DNA of 64,000 bases from Octopus vulgaris (lineage: Eukaryota): the NCBI GenBank assembly GCA_951406725.2, contig OX597832.1, positions 31,930,001 to 31,994,000 of the forward strand, written 5' to 3'. The translations under genes and the position numbers were made by a program. Below the pieces are notes generated by a model. It worked only from the letters and a program-made list of their open reading frames with translations, made no database searches and was not told the origin of the DNA. Shown in pieces: positions 56,837 to 64,000 of the stretch. Every line of letters starts with the position of its first letter. The first letter of the stretch is position 1.

Positions 56837-56877
56837 ACTGCCATTTAAATCCCGATCAAGATCGGGTATATCTTCTA

Positions 56878-56995
<118 letters not shown>

Positions 56996-57294
56996 CTGCG
57001 TGTGTAGTTGTGTTTATATGTATTTATACGCGAAATTATTCTCCTCAGCTCATTCTGCTTCATCCATCCGACAAAGGTACACAGCACTCCAGAGTTTAAA
57101 GTGCTTGAATATTAAGTTATTCACCAAAAACCATCAACAAATCTTGATATAAGTGGCAATCTATAAAAAAATCAAATAAAACCTCTAAATATATTATGAG
57201 CAACAAAATAATTCATAAATGGCTACCAAAGCCGATTCTGATTTCCAATACTAGTAGTAGTAGTATTAGTAGTGGCAGTAGTAGTAGTAGTGGC

Positions 57295-57349
<55 letters not shown>

Positions 57350-59732
57350 GTAGTAATGTTGGTTAAAAATGTAGTGGTGGTGGTGGTGTTTGTGGTGGTG
57401 TTAGATTTCGTAGCAGTAGAAAGGTATACGACAGGAGATGTGTTAATTCTGAGGCGAAAAAATAATATATTGATATATATAAACGTATATTTGACGCTAG
57501 GAGACCTAATGACAGTTAGAATAAAGTCTGGAAGGAAGCTAAAAGACATTATTTTCAGGAATATAGTGGAAACGAATTGAAATACCAGGGTCTGAGTACC
57601 GCCAAAATTGCTAATAAGAACAGAACATATTTCGTTTATGATTGAGAAAAAGAAAACAAACAAATACCGTATTTTCATATTGAAAATCTTTGCGTAGCCA
57701 AATATTTTTTCCTGCTATTTATCTATCTATGTCTGAACTAGTAAACACTACAAACAAAACAAAAAGATAACTCTATTAAAAAAACTAATAACAAAAAATA
57801 CAAAAAAAAAGACAAAACATTAAGAAATTAAAAGATTACTTAATATACTTCTTTGATTTCGTTTGAAAGTAATAAAAAATGGTAACTCTAAAATGAAAAC
57901 AGTTGAAGAAAAAAATATATCTAAAATAAAATATATGAATATTGAATTCAATAAAAAGATAAATAAAAAAATCAGTGGTTTATCAAAATAAAAAAAAAAG
58001 AGAAAGAAAAAAAAAAGCAGATATAAAATTCGGAATCAATTTAGAAAATAAAAATAGATAACACAGAGTGAGTGATTCCGATTTGGTTGGCGTTTTTTTT
58101 TCTTTTTTTGCGCTAAAATAAATAATTCAGTTTCGATGAATTAATTTGTTTTTCGAAATAGCTTTTCCCATAAAAAAATATTGCTGATTCGATAATAATA
58201 TCAATATTGAAAAACGACAAAAGTAGTGAGGTTGCAGGAATGGTAAATAAGATATCGTTTAGTTTGGTCGTTCTATTTACCCAGTGTTCAATTCCAACAC
58301 TGTGTCAAATTAGTTGCACATTTTTTTTTTAACTTCTGCTTCATGAAGAAGCTCCTAAGCCATTTCGTGGTACGGACAAAGAGAAATGATTCAATAGCTG
58401 AAAGACTGTGATGGCTGAGTGTATGTGGAGGACATATTTGTTTAACGGCTGTTATCGCCATCTACAAAGAGAGAGAGGAAATATTCTAAAAGCATATTTA
58501 GATCTAAGATGGCGTCTGATTGACACAATCGATAGACTGACTAATAAAATGGTGGCGGATCAGCAGAATCTGTTACGTGACGGAAAATATGGTGACATAT
58601 TTAGAATTTGTTAGTGTGACGAACAAAACGGCCTTGGATTGGCAGAATCGATATAATGACTCGTAGAATGGCGACGGATGGACAGAATCTGTATGGCGGT
58701 GGATTTGAAAGTAGGTTGTTAGCAGAACTAGCAAATTATTTAGCAGTATTCAGTTACACATTTGGCCATCTAGTTCGAATCCATTCTGGTCTGGCTTTAC
58801 TGTTGACCGTATAAAGAGATGAGAAACCAAACTCCAAATGATTACTCGGTTGAAGTGACTCACATTAAATATACTCTCCTCATTTTTCAAGACTTGTTTA
58901 TTAATCAATATTTGAATGTTTAGAAGTGATGAAGGTTCTGAAATGTTTTATATGTTGATTCAATACATTAGATTGCTTACCAGTGCTAAACGTTGCAATA
59001 ACACGAAACACCAGCACGTGACACAACATTCCCTAACACAACACGAAGTACTACGCTATAAAATATATCAAACATCAAATCACACCATACCCTCATGTAT
59101 AGTTGCTGTGTATAGCCCCAGGCAGTCCTTATTGAGCAAAAAGTTTCTATCCATGACTTTCCTATTTGGTTGTTTAAAATCAGATCTTGCCTCATTAAGA
59201 AAATATATGATTAAATGAAGTTGCAGCGGTTTACATCGCATAATTGTTGTATTCAAGCTTAGTGTATCCAGGACAACATTATCCTATACGTCATTTTCGG
59301 GTATTAGGTTAGTAGATTGTTTTATGAAGACGATATGCAAGTTATGCCTACCATTACAAGCGGTATTAGTATTCAAATTGTTTATCATGGCATTAAATGC
59401 CACATCTAACATTCGAATGCCAGGGAAGATTCACCCCTTACTATACATACCATCTCTATTATTTTAGAAGGTAGGAAAAAATGAAATCTACATACTAGAC
59501 TCTTATTATTTATTATAATCTATGACAATCTGTATGCGACTGACTCTATATATGATCTTCTCTATAACTGAGAGTCGATATAAAATGACATGAATTGTAT
59601 CGAAGTCCCCAAACTTTATTGCCTCGTGTACTTAGACTCATTGGGCGGGTATTCGGTTTGCATGGCGCATAACCGACGACAGAGATAATAGCGTTCACCT
59701 TGAACGGGAAGCCAACCTGTCGAGGGGTTATT

Positions 59733-59835
59733 CCTTTACAGCTCAGTGAACTGGAACAAGGCAAAAGGAAGTGTTTTGCTTAACAACACAAAGCTCACCC
59801 AGCTTGAAGATGGAAACCACGATGCTGCGATCGAC
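59733..59835 (-). mobile_element. SINE family B fragment
   Basis: TTTACAGCTCAGTGAACTGGAACAAGG...GTGTTTTGCTTAACAACACAA...ACCACGATGCTGCGATCG resembles the reverse complement of 41505-41610. Confidence 0.55.
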
Positions 59836-60912
59836 AATGAAGAAGAAGAAGAAGAAGAAGAAGAAGAAGAAGAAGAAGAAGAAGAAAAAGAAGAAGAAGA
59901 AGAAGAAGAAGGAAGAGAAGAAGACGAAAAAACAAGTAGAAGAAGAAGAAGAAGAGGAAGACGTGGAAGATGACAAAGAAGAAAAATAAGATGAAGACCA
60001 ACAATAACAGTAGCAAAAGAACAGTAGATTGAAGGTCACTGCATTTTCTATTGTGCTTCTGCCGCCCTATTGAATCGCTCCCAAAGGTTAACAAACTAAA
60101 AGAAACGTTGGTCAGCATGGTAACAGAAGTAGAAAACCTTTCCTCATCTTGCTCACATTTTTCGTGGAAAATTTCCCTAAATTAACAATTCCTTCAACAT
60201 GGGCTTCATTCCGCCACCACTCTAGTTTCTGGAACTTTGTATAAAGAAATGGTTGGAATATATCATTAGTTAACACATAAAATACCCGAGTAAAATTTTA
60301 AAGAAACAGAAATAGTAATTTTAAATTAATTTGCTATGTTTAAAATGAGGTAAGATGACGACTTAGGATTTACAGGGGACGATCCGATTTATTTTCTACA
60401 AAATCGGTTCGTAGGATAATTGAAATATTTGGGTAACAATAGCGAAATATGGCGAAACTCAGTGAGTTATCAGGTGAGGGAAATTAATTAAGGACTTATA
60501 GTGAAAAGTTAGATTTAAAAGTAAGGAATATGAAATTTTACTTGGTAGAATTCAAAGTAAATGCTTCTAAAATGATTTATAGTTTCTGCAATGGTGGGTG
60601 AAAAAATAGCTTCCATTCCATAGATATTGAATATAAGAAATTTTGTGTAAGGCGGAAAAGGTAAAAGAAAGACAATGGCTACAAGAAGATGAGATTTGGA
60701 TATGGATGCGCCATTGTGCTTCTAGAATAGAAGGCGTCCTGTTGCAAGATTCTTGTGTCTCCAATTTGAAATCTAATCTTTGTAACATAATGAGAGATTT
60801 GTATGAAAATATGGATTACACAAATACATACGCGCACACACACGCACACACAAACGCACAACAAACAACACACATGCATATACACGCACATACATATAAA
60901 TATACATATATG

Positions 60913-60943
<31 letters not shown>

Positions 60944-61012
60944 GTCATGTAGATAATTTAAGTATATCTTCATATATGCATATGTGTATTTGTTATCTAT
61001 GAATCAATATAT

Positions 61013-61086
<74 letters not shown>

Positions 61087-61649
61087 TACGCACAGATAGA
61101 CATACACACAAACGTACACACATAGACAATATCAATCTTGGAAATTGATACAAATTTCTTCCTTTGGAACGAATGTAATCTAATTACACCAATCAACTGG
61201 GATTTCCTATTCTGCTCGAGAAAATACAATATCTCCAAGGGATTTTGAAAAAGAAAAAAGTAGAGGTATTAATAAAGTAAAATAACTAGAAAAAATATGA
61301 CAAAGAACAAAACAGTAACAAAACTCGCGCCAGAATGGTTTTTGTTACGTTTATCTACGGTCGTTAAATTTAATTTTAAATGGTGCAGTTTCCTTTTCAC
61401 GCTTACGACCGATTATTTATGTTCCGCTTCTAATGTTCGGTAGGGAAAGAGGTGGATGTCGACGAAAACTATGGAAGACGCCATGCAGTAAATAATTTAA
61501 TTATCCGATATACCTCCACATATGTGTGCGTGCACACACACAAACACACAAACACACACACATATATATATATATGTGTATATACATACATACATATTTA
61601 TTTACATATATGAATATATATGTATGTATATGTATTTATTTTAATATAT

Positions 61650-61706
<57 letters not shown>

Positions 61707-61750
61707 CATATATACATATATATTTAGATGCATATGTAGCTACACACACA

Positions 61751-61782
<32 letters not shown>

Positions 61783-61792
61783 CTACGTATAT

Positions 61793-61823
<31 letters not shown>

Positions 61824-61834
61824 TCTACGTATAT

Positions 61835-61887
<53 letters not shown>

Positions 61888-62351
61888 TATGTACATAAGC
61901 ATATATGCATATGGATTTCCATATGTAGCAAGAAAGGAGATTTGTAAGTAAATCTTTCTATAATGTCAATGATGCGCTGCTGAAGTTATCTGCTGCCTCA
62001 AGATGCGAATGTAGGAAGCATTGAGCAACGTGATTATGGAATGTATATTTGTAGACGATATCTTAATCAGCTTTGATGTATATGGAGTCTTGTCCAATTT
62101 TGTCAATTTGCAAATAACTTATAGAATTATGTCACACTGGGTCCTAACTATAGCATTCATCTATTTGTGTATTGTGGATGACATTTTGTGAATATATTGC
62201 TGTGTTCATCATAGGTTTGTAACCGGCCAGAATGAAGTTCGCTTCCTGTGTAAGACTGACAAAGGGACTGACTTTGAACATTTGTTTTTCGAAGGCAGAC
62301 GTTTATAGGACTTCACAGTGCAGATAAGTCAAATACATACCACATAATACA

Positions 62352-62690
62352 TTGTTTCCCAGCCACATGGTTCTGAGTTCAGTCCCACTACTGGCACCTG
62401 CAGCAAGTGTTTTCTACAATAGGCTCGGGCCGACCAAAACCTAGTGAGTGGGTTTGGTGAACGGAAACTAAAGAAAACTTGGTATATATACATACATATA
62501 TATATATGCACATATTTATGTGTGTGTGTGCCTTTGTGTTTTTGTTTGACTCCCAACGTCACTTGGCAACTGATGGTGATGTGTTTACGTTCCCGTGATT
62601 AGCTGTTCGGTAAAAGGACACAATAGAATAAGTATTTCGCTTAGAAAGAATCAGTCCTGAGGTCGATTTGTTCGACTAAAAACCCTTGGT
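62352..62690 (+). mobile_element. SINE family A
   Basis: CCACATGGTTCTGAGTTCAGTCCCACT...GGGCCGACCAA...CGGAAACTAAAG, microsatellite, and GGTCGATTTGTTCGACTAAA. Confidence 0.85.
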
Positions 62691-63044
62691 CGGAAATAAG
62701 GTGTTCGTAATTCGGAATATTACTTTACATATACGTGGTATCGTTAAGCCCACGTGTCTATCAAGGCCTCAACAGGGAAAATAGGTGGACTGAAAGAGTG
62801 GAGAAATCTATCGAATATGTGTGCATACACTCACACACACACTATATATTAGAGGGTTTTGTTATACAGATGATCCAAAAGGCAGGTAAGGTTATGTAAG
62901 TGCTACGGAAGGACCGCTGTTTAACTCCAGATTCCATAACAGTATGAGAGAGGAGTCGAGTCCGAGCATGTATATGTTAAATAAAATGATATAACAATGC
63001 CAAAGCAGAGTGATATTTCTAGGGCATTTACTAAGAGAAGGGTA

Positions 63045-63090
63045 TTTTACAGCTGTTTCATGGATACAAACATATCCCATTATCAGAGAC
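63045..63090 (-). ncRNA. Minimal type I hammerhead motif, left arm
   Basis: GTCT-CTGATAA-tgGGATA(TGTTTG)TATCCat-GAAA-CAGCTG-TA. One core substitution, 5-bp stem II, palindromic stem III ACAGCTGT. Confidence 0.6.
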
Positions 63091-63678
63091 GATATGATAG
63101 AGTTCAACAGAAGGAAATAGTAAAGTTCAGTATCAAGGAAGTTATTTTGAAAGTGGACAGATATAGGAAGTAGCAAGAGAAATATGAGAATAAAAATAAA
63201 AATATACGTTGGATGTTGCAGTTCCATTTTCCAAGTAAAGTGCTGTGTAGAATGGGTAAGGAGGGTCCTTGTCTATGTAAATTCTGATAGGAGTTCATAT
63301 TTTGTTATTACAAATGGATAATATGCAGATATTAATTTCATGTGCTGTTCATTCAAAAGAACCTTGTTGTGTAAATGAAATTAATTGAATGAAATAATTT
63401 CATTTACACTACAAGATACTTTTGAAGGAATTAATATCTGCACACTATCCATTTGAATTAATGAAATACAAACTCCTAACGGAATTTACATACCGTGAAC
63501 AAAAAGCCTCTTTACACAACACGTTCCTTGGATAATGGAACACCAACTTTAATATCCAACATATAATTTCATTTTTATTCTCATGTTTCCCTTTATACTT
63601 TCTGCATCTCTTCCTTTCCAAAATAACTTCTTATATAATGAACTTTCCTAATTCATTCTATTGAAACTTTCTCATATC

Positions 63679-63727
63679 ATCTCTGATGATGGAAAATGTT
63701 TTATATCTCTGAAACAGCTGGTAAGAC
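63679..63727 (+). ncRNA. Minimal type I hammerhead motif, right arm
   Basis: ATCT-CTGATGA-tggaaaatgttttatatctct-GAAA-CAGCTG-GTA-AGAC. The two-arm consensus restores a GTCT/AGAC stem I and a GTA triplet. Confidence 0.6.
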
Positions 63728-63827
63728 TACCCCTCTCTTTATAAAATGCCCTAGGTATATCACAGTGCCTTGGGCTTGCTATATCATTTTATATAACACA
63801 CACAAACAAAACACACACACATAAATG

Positions 63828-63882
<55 letters not shown>

Positions 63883-64000
63883 TTAAATACTTAAATACGT
63901 TATGTACACTTGAATAGAGAAATATACAAACACATTCACCCTCACATGTATATGCGTACTTAGAAAGACATATACACGCATAAAACGACATAAATACGAT

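Larger units (their letters stand above)
62975..63798. mobile_element. Head-to-head inverted duplication (~405-bp diverged arms, 11-nt spacer) of a Penelope-type terminal repeat, HHR in each arm
   Basis: GTAAATGAAATTA (63371-63383) pairs with TAATTTCATTTAC (63395-63407), and the arms align out to 62975 and 63798. HHR motifs at ~63045-63090 (minus) and ~63679-63727 (plus). Confidence 0.85.

Noticed and set aside
59746-59989. Glu/Lys/Arg-rich ORFs
   Set aside because: They are a (GAA)n microsatellite joined to an antisense SINE fragment.

Overview
This is very AT-rich eukaryotic DNA saturated with microsatellites ((TA)n, (CA)n, (TATC)n, (TATG)n, (AAT)n, (GAT)n, (TTC)n). The repeat landscape and SINE families suggest an octopus or other coleoid cephalopod intergenic or intronic region; this is inference, not a database result. 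I found no credible host protein-coding exon, and nearly all ORF-track entries are microsatellite translations. Recognisable content: a full-length decayed mariner with TIRs and TA TSDs (1406-2704); an internally deleted Hsmar1-like mariner; a decayed Penelope-like element (RT C-terminus plus GIY-YIG) interrupted by an RTE LINE 3' end with a 14-bp TSD; a second RTE 3' end; an R4/Dong-type REL endonuclease remnant ending in (AAT)n; and many copies of four tRNA-derived SINE families. The most striking signal is a recurring architecture of type I hammerhead ribozyme (HHR) motifs inside head-to-head inverted duplications. Examples are a perfect 68-bp palindrome with an HHR on each strand (38748-38885), a tRNA/Pol III-headed HHR element with 58-bp inverted arms (41964-42336), a ~0.8-kb diverged palindrome with an HHR in each arm (62975-63798) and an older case (6199-6490). 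Several solo degenerate HHRs are also present. Together these point to a diverse set of Penelope-mobilised, retrozyme-like non-autonomous elements. One SINE family also shares its 3' tail with the RTE LINE found in this window.
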